Positions 1 to 9,251 of a stretch of DNA of 43,094 nt are shown here, piece by piece. A program made the translations under genes and the position numbers. The stretch comes from an uncultured Methanosarcinales archaeon (GTDB taxonomy: Archaea; Nanobdellota; Nanobdellia; Woesearchaeales; CAZYIM01): the NCBI GenBank assembly GCA_964647565.1, contig CAZYIM010000012.1, positions 22,414 through 65,507 on the forward strand, in the 5' to 3' direction. Position 1 is the first letter of the stretch, and every line of letters begins with the position of its first letter. Under the pieces are notes generated by a model. That model saw only the letters and a program-made list of their open reading frames with translations, did not search any database and was not told the DNA's origin.

Positions 1-147
1 AAGTTACTTAGAAAGGATGGGGAAGATCTGCTATTTAATCTGGAAGAAGATCCTGAAGAGAATAATAACCTTGCAAACAAAAAACCAAGAATCATTGAAC
101 AACTAAAAGCAATTGCCATTAAATACATTAATAAAGATAAAACCTAA
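1..147 (+). CDS. C-terminal end of a sulfatase-like protein (partial, runs off window start)
   Basis: Frame 1 reads KLLRKDGEDLLFNLEEDPEENNNLANKKPRIIEQLKAIAIKYINKDKT* (TAA 145-147). LFNLxxDPxExxNLA is the typical sulfatase C-terminal motif. Not in the ORF track. Confidence 0.8.
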   Translation, partial: KLLRKDGEDLLFNLEEDPEENNNLANKKPRIIEQLKAIAIKYINKDKT

Positions 148-177
148 AACTTGAACTAAAAGTAAAAAAATAACCAA

Positions 178-1554
178 ATGAATATCTGGAAAAAAACATT
201 ATTGATATTTATACTCATCTCGGTGATGAGTATTTCAAGCTGTCATAAATCAAGTATCAACGAATTTGAATGCAACACATGTAATATTATTCTAATAACA
301 ATCGACACTCTACGCGCTGATCATTTGGGTTGCTATGGATATGAAAGAAATACTAGTCCAACTATTGATCATATAGCAAAAGAATCTTATATTTTTAGAA
401 CTGCCATAAGTCCTAAACCTAGTACTGTACCTGGTATATTCTCTCTTTTTACTGGATTAGAGCCATTTTATGTTGAAAATGGGTATACAATAGAGAGTTA
501 TGGCAACACGATTCCTCAAATTATGAAAAATTCAGGCTATAAGACTATAGGAATTGTTGGTACAAACATATTATCCAGATATTACGGCTTTGACAAAGGA
601 TTTGATATATTTCATGATACTGAAGACTTACCAACACATAAAAATTATTATATGGTAAATGCTTCTGTTCTTGTAGAGAAAGCTATCGAAGCAATTGAAC
701 AAGGAAAAAAACAACACCTATTCTTATGGATCCATTTCAAAGAACCTCACGCAAGATACGATCCTCCAGATAAATATAAACAAATGTTTATTGATTATGG
801 AAATGAGGTAATTCAGATACCCAAAGTCAACCCGGATGCTAGTGATGGAATTGGAGGCGTCTCAAGTTTTGATTATCTAGATAACAGCACAAACCTTTTG
901 TATTATATCTCACAATATGATTCTGAGATCAGATATTGTGATGACCAGATAGGTCTTCTGATAAATAAGTTAAAAGAGCAAGACATGTATAATGATTCAT
1001 TGATCGTGATAGCTTCAGATCATGGAGAGTCATTAGGTGAAAATGAATACTATTTTGGACATGGGGACTTCTTAGATTCTGCAAATGTAGACATTCCCTT
1101 ATTGATTAAAATCCCTGGACAAAAAGAAAAAAAAGAGATAGATGATCTAGTTGTCCTAGCTGATTTGTATGGTTTCTTTAACAATTTTATAGGTCAGGAA
1201 AATCTTGATATAAAATATGACCTCATGAATCTTTTGAAAAATAAAAATTGGCCTGAAAGAACTATTAAATTAGAGAATACTCATACTAATCTGAAAGTTG
1301 AAAAAATATTTGGAATTATGAATAAATCCAAAAGACATATCCTGGTTGATATAACTAATGAAACTTATTATTATGATTTTACAATCTCAGATGAAAAACA
1401 ACATATTATTGGAAATGAGAATATTGTGAATGAACTCGTCCAAACAAGAGTTTATATTAAACAAATACAGGACAATAGGAAGGAACAATACTTAGATAAA
1501 GAAACAATAAAACGACTCCAATCACTAGGATATCTTAACTTAAAGAATGATTAA
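178..1554 (+). CDS. Sulfatase-like hydrolase/transferase (alkaline phosphatase superfamily), putative lipoprotein
   Basis: IDTLRADHLGCYGY, HFKEPH, SDHGE, GHG and C-terminal RLQSLGY. N-terminal hydrophobic segment ending ISSC. Nucleophile region is STVPG rather than CxPxR. Confidence 0.9.
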   Translation: MNIWKKTLLIFILISVMSISSCHKSSINEFECNTCNIILITIDTLRADHLGCYGYERNTSPTIDHIAKESYIFRTAISPKPSTVPGIFSLFTGLEPFYVENGYTIESYGNTIPQIMKNSGYKTIGIVGTNILSRYYGFDKGFDIFHDTEDLPTHKNYYMVNASVLVEKAIEAIEQGKKQHLFLWIHFKEPHARYDPPDKYKQMFIDYGNEVIQIPKVNPDASDGIGGVSSFDYLDNSTNLLYYISQYDSEIRYCDDQIGLLINKLKEQDMYNDSLIVIASDHGESLGENEYYFGHGDFLDSANVDIPLLIKIPGQKEKKEIDDLVVLADLYGFFNNFIGQENLDIKYDLMNLLKNKNWPERTIKLENTHTNLKVEKIFGIMNKSKRHILVDITNETYYYDFTISDEKQHIIGNENIVNELVQTRVYIKQIQDNRKEQYLDKETIKRLQSLGYLNLKND

Positions 1555-2830
1555 ATCATCGAATAAAAAAAAAAGATTTATAATACTTAAAATTTTTGTA
1601 TTATTAGTCCTAGTTGCTTGCCCATTAATACTCTTAATCCAGTCAGCAAATTTTAATAAAATCCAAGATAATAATCCCAAGATATTGATTTTGGGGATCG
1701 ATGGGATGGAGTGGAATATTATCTATCCCTTGATTGAGCAAGGAAAACTACCAAACATAAAAAAACTTATGGATGGAGGTGTATATGGTCCGCTTAAATC
1801 ACTAGAACCATTAAAATCACCTCTTATATGGAATACTATATCCACCGGAAGGACACCTGAAGAGCACGGAATAATTGATTTTTTTATCAACAATCAAACG
1901 TACACATCCAAACATAGAAAAACACCTGCTTTATGGAACCTATTATCTGATAATAACAAGAGTGTTGGTGTAGTGAATTATTGGGCAAGTTGGCCAGCTG
2001 AAGAAGTAAATGGTTTCATTATAAGTGATCGATATGAAAAGTTTTTTTGGAAATTTGCCGAAGGCGAAGAAAATGATACCAATAAAGCCTCTGAATTAAA
2101 TCTTATCCACCCGCCCCATATATTAGACTCATTCATGGAATCTGAAAAAGAAAAATATACTTTTTCAGTGATTTCTGAGGAATTAAATAGATTTTCAAAA
2201 TATAAATTTAGTCAATTACATATGACATATGATATAAACTCTACTGATGATGAGTTTTATAACTATTTATTATCAAGAGTTTATTGGGGATATTTAGAAG
2301 ATAAAACTCGTACTGAGATAATACTACATATCCTAGCAAATCAACAGCAACCAGAATTTTTAATAGTCTATTTAGCAGGTACAGACTATGTTTCCCACAA
2401 ATTCTGGCAATATTACCAACAAGAGATTAATTTCACCCCTTTTAACCAATCTGCACTCGATAAAGAAGAAGAACTATTTAGCAACATGATTCCATTATTT
2501 TATGAATATGTTGATAACAATATTGGAAGGATAATAAGACAAGTGGACAATGATACTAACATTATCATACTATCAGATCATGGCTTTAAGGCTTTTCTAT
2601 TAGATGATTATAGACTTAGAAGATATATTAAAGGCGATCATCGAATATACGGGGTGTTCATAGCAAATGGACCTGAATTTAGAAAAAAAGGCTTAATTGA
2701 TGAATTAAGTGTTTATGATATTACCCCTTTAGTTTTATACCTTAACAATATAAAAAAAGATAAAAAAATGACTGGAAAGATCCCAAAAAAAATCTTAAAC
2801 TCTCAGGGGATATTTGATTATTTAACCTAG
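1547..2830 (+). CDS. Alkaline phosphatase/nucleotide pyrophosphatase-phosphodiesterase superfamily protein, N-terminally membrane anchored
   Basis: ILGIDGMEW, KSPLIWNTISTG, DYVSH, SDHGF and GDH...GVFIANG motifs; N-terminal TM helix. Confidence 0.85.
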   Translation: MIKSSNKKKRFIILKIFVLLVLVACPLILLIQSANFNKIQDNNPKILILGIDGMEWNIIYPLIEQGKLPNIKKLMDGGVYGPLKSLEPLKSPLIWNTISTGRTPEEHGIIDFFINNQTYTSKHRKTPALWNLLSDNNKSVGVVNYWASWPAEEVNGFIISDRYEKFFWKFAEGEENDTNKASELNLIHPPHILDSFMESEKEKYTFSVISEELNRFSKYKFSQLHMTYDINSTDDEFYNYLLSRVYWGYLEDKTRTEIILHILANQQQPEFLIVYLAGTDYVSHKFWQYYQQEINFTPFNQSALDKEEELFSNMIPLFYEYVDNNIGRIIRQVDNDTNIIILSDHGFKAFLLDDYRLRRYIKGDHRIYGVFIANGPEFRKKGLIDELSVYDITPLVLYLNNIKKDKKMTGKIPKKILNSQGIFDYLT

Positions 2831-2931
2831 CCTAATTTTTTCATAAATAAAATTAATAAATTATTTAAGCACATATATGAATATTTAAATAAATAAAAAT
2901 ATATAAAAAACCACTAGTTGAGATATTCTTG

Positions 2932-4347
2932 ATGAAAAAAAAAAAAATTGAAATTATTCTTGGCATCATCATTATCTTAGGTATATTTCTATTAAAGCTA
3001 AACATCCTTAATGAGCCGTATTATTATATGGAAATGAGAAATATGAATTGGGCACTTAAACAAATGGATGAATTTAATCTATCTTATGATAAAATCCACC
3101 CACCAGGACAGGAAATAATTTTTGCTATGTCATGGAATGTATTAGGGTATTCAATAGTAAGCTCTCATTCATTAAACATATTCCTCGGAATTATTGGCTT
3201 GGCGTACTTATATTTGTTAGGTAAACATATAGTAAACTCAAGAGTTGGACTGGGAGCAGTCATCCTACTAATTTTCAATCAAATATTTTTTACAAACCTT
3301 GGTATTTCCGAAGAATTTATGCTTCTAACAACACTAGGTATAATTACAGTTTATTATTATCTTAAAAAAAAGAACATTCTATTCACCATATTTGCTACAA
3401 CCATGCTTATGACTAGAGAGACTTCTGCTTTAATTATCTTATCGATAGGAATACATTATTTATTAATCCGATTACAAAAAAATAAAAAAATAAGGTTTAA
3501 AGATATAAAGTCTTGTTGGTTTATTTTTGTACCAATACTCCCGCTTCTAGCAATTGCAATCGCTCAATTAACAAATGTTGGATTAGTATTCAGGGCAGAT
3601 AGGTTTTTACTCAAAACAGAATTTGTACAGCCGTTCATAATGTTCATATTCACACATTTGTTTCATGATTCCTCGATAGCTAACGTAAACAAATTCAATT
3701 TCATAATCTTTGTTTGTATTATTGTAAGCCAAATTATGCTGATAAGATCAAAAATATCAGAAAAAAAACCCGGCTTACATTTTTTATTTTGGTTAATATT
3801 GATTTTGCATATGGCCTTATTTTCATATGTGGCACCCCAACCTAAAAGAATTCTGCCTGTTTTACCCTTTTTTTATATGTTAGGAGCATATTCAATTTAT
3901 ATCCTTACCTTAAAATTCAAATATAAAAAAATAATTTATGCAATATTTATCTTTTTTTGTGTATTATTATTTACCACTAATTATGCTGGAACCAGAATTA
4001 CAAAACCCGAAGAATTACAATCTAATATGGATTACTTAGATGAAATTCACATACAAAAAGAAGCCATTAGATATTTAGAGACTAAATTTTCAAATGAAAC
4101 TATTATGGCAATTTGGCCCATGTATGATAAAATGGTTCATATGGAATATGGATATATAACAAAAAGATTAGAAGTGTATGATGATAGACATTTATCGATT
4201 TTTTATGAGGGATTATTTATTCATCTTCCAAGAGCAAGATGGTCAAACTGGCTTAAAGAAATATTGGAAAAAGACGATCTAGAGTTAGTTCATAAATTTG
4301 AAAAAAATGGAAAAGTTATTGAGATTTATAATTATTCTAGACGTTAG
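2932..4347 (+). CDS. GT-C (ArnT/PMT-like) multi-pass membrane glycosyltransferase
   Basis: Many hydrophobic helices, HPPG motif in first external loop, soluble C-terminal domain. ATG at 2932 preferred over TTG at 2929. Confidence 0.7.
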   Translation: MKKKKIEIILGIIIILGIFLLKLNILNEPYYYMEMRNMNWALKQMDEFNLSYDKIHPPGQEIIFAMSWNVLGYSIVSSHSLNIFLGIIGLAYLYLLGKHIVNSRVGLGAVILLIFNQIFFTNLGISEEFMLLTTLGIITVYYYLKKKNILFTIFATTMLMTRETSALIILSIGIHYLLIRLQKNKKIRFKDIKSCWFIFVPILPLLAIAIAQLTNVGLVFRADRFLLKTEFVQPFIMFIFTHLFHDSSIANVNKFNFIIFVCIIVSQIMLIRSKISEKKPGLHFLFWLILILHMALFSYVAPQPKRILPVLPFFYMLGAYSIYILTLKFKYKKIIYAIFIFFCVLLFTTNYAGTRITKPEELQSNMDYLDEIHIQKEAIRYLETKFSNETIMAIWPMYDKMVHMEYGYITKRLEVYDDRHLSIFYEGLFIHLPRARWSNWLKEILEKDDLELVHKFEKNGKVIEIYNYSRR

Positions 4348-5024
4348 AAAAAATTTTTAATGAGAGAGTATAGATATCTCCACCCATCTCGCAAGATACT
4401 GATACTGGAAATCCCATATTTCCTTTTTAGTTCTTTACATGGAACTTCAACAATTGTATAGCCTTTCTTTAAAATCTTCATAGTCATTTCAGTTTCAATC
4501 TCTGTATGTGTCGATTCAAGCTTCAAACTATGAAAAACAGATGCTTTTATTGCTCGAAATCCATTTTGGGTGTCTGTTAATGATTGCTTGAATCGCAAAT
4601 TGATGACTGCATTAATACAACTAGATAAGAAATTTCTAACTAAATTATTAAAACTGCCGCTCAATTCTTCAGATCCCCCTAAGAATCTAGATCCAATAAC
4701 CATATCGGCTTTATTAGTTATTATAGGTTTTATTAGTTTAGGTATATCTTCAGTAATATGTGATCCGTCAGCATCAATGAAAATAATAATACCTTCAGTT
4801 ATTTTTTTTGTAGCACATTTAAGCCCATCACCTTTTCCTAGCCCGTTATCAACAATAATCTCAACATCTGAAGATTCTGCCAGTTGTTTTGTCCGATCAT
4901 AAGAATTTTTTGCTAAAGCAACTATTATTTTATCACATAAAGGTTTAGCTCCCTTAATTATGTTATTAATTGTATTTTCTTCATTCAACGCAGGTATAAC
5001 AGCAACAATTTTTTGATTTTTCAT
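4344..5024 (-). CDS. GT2 glycosyltransferase, DPM1-like (polyprenol-phosphate glycosyltransferase)
   Basis: VIPALNEE, GKG, FIDADGSH, VIGSRF, DTQNGFRA, RKYGISSI motifs. Confidence 0.9.
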   Translation of the reverse strand: MKNQKIVAVIPALNEENTINNIIKGAKPLCDKIIVALAKNSYDRTKQLAESSDVEIIVDNGLGKGDGLKCATKKITEGIIIFIDADGSHITEDIPKLIKPIITNKADMVIGSRFLGGSEELSGSFNNLVRNFLSSCINAVINLRFKQSLTDTQNGFRAIKASVFHSLKLESTHTEIETEMTMKILKKGYTIVEVPCKELKRKYGISSISILRDGWRYLYSLIKNFF

Positions 5025-5051
5025 ATCTTGATAGTTTCTTTTTGATAGTAC

Positions 5052-5066
5052 TATAAAAAGTTTGCT
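5052..5066 (-). promoter_or_regulatory. Putative archaeal BRE/TATA promoter for the GT2 gene
   Basis: Minus strand GCAAAC-TTTTTATA, 28 nt upstream of the ATG at 5024. Confidence 0.45.
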
Positions 5067-5150
5067 GAAGCTAATGATTAGAACATTAAAGTAAATTATT
5101 TAAACAGTCAAAACAGGAATAAATAAATTGCTGAGATCGTATATAAGAAA

Positions 5151-6494
5151 ATGAATATAATAAAAGGTTTAATAATTATTATGCTGTGTACTATTTTCCT
5201 ATTAAATTCTTGCTATAACCCAAACTTGTCTGAGTCTAATTATGAAGAAATAAAAAGCGAACTTATTTGTGAGGAATGCAATGTCATAATAATCGTCATC
5301 GATGCACTAAGACCGGATCATTTAGGATGTTATGGATATATAAGAGAAACAAGTCCAAATATAGATTCATTATGTAAGAAAAGTATTGTTTTTGAAAATG
5401 CAATCGCTCAATCAACATGGACCAAACCTTCAGTCACTTCACTCTTTGTCTCAAATTATGTCAAACACCATAAGATAACTTCAGGTTCTCCTTATTATGG
5501 TGATAATGACAACTCCAGTTTCCTTCCTGATTCGGCACTCACTATTGCAAAGGTCCTATCTTCTTATGAATACAAGACAAAAGCTCTAACAAGCAATCTC
5601 TTTATCCAAAGGAGTTTTGGCCTGGAACAAGGTTTTGATGAATACATACTTACGGAGAATGATAAGGAAATAACTAAAAATACAATTGAATGGATATCTC
5701 AGAATAAAGATAATAAAATATTCCTTTATCTGCATTACATGGCGCCGCATGCAGATTATGATCCTCCTGCAAAGGATCGATTATTTTTCAAGAAAGATTA
5801 CAGCGGATCTATTAATTTCGCTGGAAAACATCAGAAGTACTTCAATTCCGAAGTAAAGATGAGTGATGAGGATATTGAAGAGCTTGTAGCAAGATATGAT
5901 GGTGAAATCAGGTTCATAGACAGAGAAATCCAGAAAATATTAACTTCACTTAAAGAACAAAATCTATCAGATAAAACAATCATCTTACTAACAGCAGATC
6001 ATGGAGAACTCTTAGGCGAGAATGGTGAATTCGGCCACTTGATCCCCCATAATAAGGTAGTGCATATACCCTTATTAATCCACATCCCGGGGATGGCTCG
6101 AAGAGAAGATAAAGTGAGAATAGCTGAACTGATAGATATAGCACCCACGTTACTAAATATTCTACAATTTGAAATACCTAATAGGTTCAGGGGTATTGAC
6201 CTTTTATCAGTAAAGAATAGAAAAGAATACGGATTTTCAGAGATAAGAAACTGGACCTTGATTAAGAATCAAGAATTTATATTTAAAACAGATAAAAAAG
6301 GATTTGAACTTTACAATATTCAAGATGATCCTTTTGAGCTAGTTGATTTAAGTAATGATAAACCTGAAATTGTTCAAAAGTTCCAAATTGTCTTAAGGGC
6401 TTTTAATGAATCTGAAACTAAGCAAAAGTTGGGATCTAAAGGGGTCAACCAAGACATTTTAAATAGGCTAAAAGCATTAGGATATGTTAATTAG
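5151..6494 (+). CDS. Sulfatase-like hydrolase/transferase, putative lipoprotein
   Basis: IDALRPDHLGCYGY, WTKPSVTSLF, HYMAPH, TADHGE, ELYNIQDDPFE, C-terminal RLKALGYV; signal ending LLNSC. Confidence 0.9.
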   Translation: MNIIKGLIIIMLCTIFLLNSCYNPNLSESNYEEIKSELICEECNVIIIVIDALRPDHLGCYGYIRETSPNIDSLCKKSIVFENAIAQSTWTKPSVTSLFVSNYVKHHKITSGSPYYGDNDNSSFLPDSALTIAKVLSSYEYKTKALTSNLFIQRSFGLEQGFDEYILTENDKEITKNTIEWISQNKDNKIFLYLHYMAPHADYDPPAKDRLFFKKDYSGSINFAGKHQKYFNSEVKMSDEDIEELVARYDGEIRFIDREIQKILTSLKEQNLSDKTIILLTADHGELLGENGEFGHLIPHNKVVHIPLLIHIPGMARREDKVRIAELIDIAPTLLNILQFEIPNRFRGIDLLSVKNRKEYGFSEIRNWTLIKNQEFIFKTDKKGFELYNIQDDPFELVDLSNDKPEIVQKFQIVLRAFNESETKQKLGSKGVNQDILNRLKALGYVN

Positions 6495-7474
6495 TTCTTA
6501 ATAATCCCATAAATTAATCCTATCGCATAAGAAATGTGAGTGCACGGGAATAGTACGATAAGAAGTGGAACTGATAACAGTTTTTTTTCTGTAAACGCTT
6601 TCTTAAAAGAAACAATAATATCTAATAATGCATAACTCCCTAAAGGTATAAAATAAAATAGTGGATTGTAAAAAACAAGCGAAATCAGATAAATCAAGAA
6701 AATTAACGGAATTACAAAAATCAAAGAAAAAGACTTTGGAAGCTTCTTAATATGCTGCATCCTACCTTTACCATAAAAAAAGATTTGTCTCATAAATGAG
6801 AAAATAGACTTTCTCCTGTGATGATAAACTATCAATTCAGGACAGTAAAGCATCTTTTGTCCAAAATCAGTTAACCTATTCAACAATATATTCTCTTCAT
6901 TGCACAAAACATCTTCATCAAATTTAACCTTATTGAATAATTCCATATTAATAGCCAGGTTACAAAGTATCAAAGATTTCTCATCTGCATAGGACCCTCT
7001 TTTTCTCGATACATATCTAGCGCTCATAGGTCCGGTTCCAAAGAATGACTCAAAAATATATCCAGTACTTTGTTGAATAAATCCATCAGAATGAGGCGTA
7101 AGATTCGGCCCTCCAAGTATATTGATTGAAGGATTTTTCTTAATTTTTTTCCAGAGAACATCTAATGTGTTTTCAGCGATAAAGGTATCATCATCAAGAA
7201 AATAGATAAATTGTCCATTAGCTTTTTTTAATCCATAGTTGCGAGCAGATCCATTGCTTGATTGCTTGATTTGTTTAAAATTAAGATGTGATGTAATCTG
7301 GGAGTAATTTTTTAAAAAGTCAATTGTCTTCTTATCGACACCATTAATAATGATGACTATTTGTATCGAACAGGGTTTGACTGCTTTCTCAATGCTCTTA
7401 AGGCACTGCTTTAACATCTGCAGTCTATTTCGTGTTAATATGAGAATGGTCAAATCAGAATTCTTTTTTTGCAT
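6491..7474 (-). CDS. GT2 glycosyltransferase with C-terminal TM helices
   Basis: ARNYG, FLDDDT (DxD), CNLA, VYHHRR, QIFFYGKGR, then hydrophobic helices. Confidence 0.9.
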   Translation of the reverse strand: MQKKNSDLTILILTRNRLQMLKQCLKSIEKAVKPCSIQIVIIINGVDKKTIDFLKNYSQITSHLNFKQIKQSSNGSARNYGLKKANGQFIYFLDDDTFIAENTLDVLWKKIKKNPSINILGGPNLTPHSDGFIQQSTGYIFESFFGTGPMSARYVSRKRGSYADEKSLILCNLAINMELFNKVKFDEDVLCNEENILLNRLTDFGQKMLYCPELIVYHHRRKSIFSFMRQIFFYGKGRMQHIKKLPKSFSLIFVIPLIFLIYLISLVFYNPLFYFIPLGSYALLDIIVSFKKAFTEKKLLSVPLLIVLFPCTHISYAIGLIYGIIKN

Positions 7475-7490
7475 CTTAAATAGGCTTGTT

Positions 7491-7886
7491 TCAATATAGT
7501 TTCATAGAACTAATTTGCATCTGTATAAAACTCTTGGTTTTCTCCCATAATTTTGAAGGATAACGATAATTGTTAATAAATTCAGTATAAAGGAAAATAT
7601 CAGGATCTATTTTCAATAATAACCGTTTTAGCCGTGCTTTGGTAGCAGACTCTTTTGAGGCATTTTGATATTCTGTCCAATCCTGAAAATAGAAACCCGA
7701 AGGTGTTAAGAATTCTTTCAGATGATGCTTCCAAATATTCAGATTCAATATGCAAACATCAAAACCCTTCTGTTTAAGGAAAGAGGAAATATATCCTAAT
7801 CCTAACAAACATCTAGTTGGTAATGAAACTAAGCTCGGTGAATTAATTAAAAGAATTTTTTTCTTGGCTTGCATAGTCAAATACAC
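7491..7886 (-). pseudogene. Truncated B12-binding radical SAM gene (N-terminal B12-binding fragment only)
   Basis: KILLINSP...LGLGYISSFLKQKGFDVCILNLN...IDPDIF matches the start of the four intact B12-rSAMs here. The ORF stops at 131 aa with no GG motif and no CxxxCxxC. Confidence 0.65.
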
Positions 7887-7965
7887 CCCCTTACAAGAAC
7901 TATAATCAAAACTTATTTATAACTGTTTAGTTTTTTGGGATCATGTTCAAAGGGGTTTTGTTTTA

Positions 7966-8826
7966 ATGAAAAAAGATTTTAGCATTAAGATTGCTGTTGC
8001 AGGTATATGCTGTTTAATTAAATTAGTAAGAGTTCCATATCATACACCCGCCAAATCATTTTTCAAGACCTTTATTTCAACTACGCAACCAAAGATAAAA
8101 ATAACTATTTATCCTCAAGTTTCAAAGCAATTTCGGAATCTTGTCAAGAAGAATGGAAAAACAGTTGACATCAAAGAGCCTGAACAGGTTTCTATTAAAA
8201 AAGATCTAGCCACAGTTTCTGCAGAAGCATTTCAAGGCACTTTTAACAGAAAGAAAAAGGAGGGTATATTTTATGTTTCAATGAGCAAGGACATTGTCTT
8301 AATTGCAGTCAGAAATATTATCAGGCTCTGTTATGCCTTGACGCTTTTAGACATGGAAGGATGCTTAATCCACGGAGCAGGGATCAAAACTGGACGCAAT
8401 GGATATCTTATGGTCGGCGGGGCTTCTTCGGGAAAATCTACAGCTGCAGGCCTTATAGGCAAAATCATACTCAATGATGAATTTGTAGTTGTCCGAAGAG
8501 TTAACCATAGATTGCGGATTTTTGGAACTCCTTTTGGAGGCGATCACCCACCCTCAAACCAAGAAGTAAGATTAACACACGTTTTTTTCCTCAATAAGAG
8601 CAGACATGAAAAAATCATCAAAAACAACCCAATTGAGGGTATAAAAAAGATTCTTGCAAATGAGTTCTTATTTATGACCTTAATAGGAAAAAAAGAAAAA
8701 TCTACAATGAAGAAAACTTTTAAATTGATATCTGATTTATTGCAGAATAAACCTTCGTTTGATTTATTTTTTAAAAGGGATTCAAACATCAGGAGAATGA
8801 TAGATGGACTTGAAAAAAAAGCCTAA
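7966..8826 (+). CDS. HPr kinase-like P-loop protein (ScmC/PadeK-like putative peptide kinase)
   Basis: LIHGAG, Walker A-like GGASSGKST, ILNDEFVVV and IFGTPFGG, the pattern of HprK-related kinases found beside PqqD genes. Confidence 0.8.
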   Translation: MKKDFSIKIAVAGICCLIKLVRVPYHTPAKSFFKTFISTTQPKIKITIYPQVSKQFRNLVKKNGKTVDIKEPEQVSIKKDLATVSAEAFQGTFNRKKKEGIFYVSMSKDIVLIAVRNIIRLCYALTLLDMEGCLIHGAGIKTGRNGYLMVGGASSGKSTAAGLIGKIILNDEFVVVRRVNHRLRIFGTPFGGDHPPSNQEVRLTHVFFLNKSRHEKIIKNNPIEGIKKILANEFLFMTLIGKKEKSTMKKTFKLISDLLQNKPSFDLFFKRDSNIRRMIDGLEKKA

Positions 8827-9070
8827 ACTGATAAAGGATGTTGAGTATAAGGAAATTGATAATGAGACCTTGATTTTCTTGCCAGATGAAGGAACATTCT
8901 TTGAGCTCAATCAAGTTGGTTCAATAGTTTGGAACTTGTGCACAGGAAAAAACACAGTTCAATCAATAATACATACAATCACTAATGAGTTCGATATTAA
9001 CTATACCTTATGTAAGAAAGATGTGACTGGATATCTTAATGAATTGGTAAGAAAGGGCTTAATTAAATAA
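8804..9070 (+). CDS. PqqD-family RiPP recognition element (stand-alone RRE)
   Basis: 88 aa; FFELNQVGSIVWNLCTG...NEFDI...KKDVTGYLNELVRKGLI matches the PqqD consensus (LN..G..IW...DG...DV..FL..L...GLI). Confidence 0.93.
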   Translation: MDLKKKPKLIKDVEYKEIDNETLIFLPDEGTFFELNQVGSIVWNLCTGKNTVQSIIHTITNEFDINYTLCKKDVTGYLNELVRKGLIK

Positions 9071-9079
9071 TAGATTAGT

Positions 9080-9118
9080 CGCTTCTTGCAACTAAAATCC
9101 GCTTCTTGCAACTAAGAT
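9080..9118. repeat. Tandem direct repeat, 20-bp period (cgcttcttgcaactaa[a/g]at x2)
   Basis: 9080-9098 vs 9100-9118 match at 18/19 positions. The repeat overlaps the 3' end of the precursor-like ORF. Confidence 0.9.
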
Positions 9119-9199
9119 GTTTGATAGATTGTTAAGAGTTTCAACTGATTTTATCTCAGGCTTTTCATATTTCTTTTTCATACAAGCTTCTTTTTCCAT
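9092..9199 (-). CDS. Putative RiPP precursor peptide (MEKEAC)MKKKYEKPEIKSVETLNNLSNILVARSGF*
   Basis: Hand-translated: ATG 9199 (35 aa) or ATG 9181 (29 aa) to TAG 9094-9092. KKKYEKPEI fits the YxxPxL/I RRE-binding leader motif. It lies between the RRE and peptidase genes with a TATA box 24 nt upstream. Absent from the ORF track. Confidence 0.75.
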   Translation of the reverse strand: MEKEACMKKKYEKPEIKSVETLNNLSNILVARSGF

Positions 9200-9217
9200 C
9201 GATCCATTTTATTATAA

Positions 9218-9238
9218 CAAACTATATAAATTTTTTCT
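9218..9238. promoter_or_regulatory. Putative bidirectional archaeal TATA promoter (precursor peptide / S26 peptidase)
   Basis: tatataaa at 9223-9230. On minus it reads GAAAAAA-TTTATATA, 24 nt before ATG 9199. On plus it ends 22 nt before ATG 9252. Confidence 0.5.
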
Positions 9239-9251
9239 TTTTAAATAAAGT

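Noticed and set aside
9059..9094. TAG read-through or alternative genetic code extending the precursor (…SGF*LQEATNLLFN*)
   Set aside because: TAG ends several full-length genes here (2830, 4347, 16092, 27745), so the standard code is more parsimonious.
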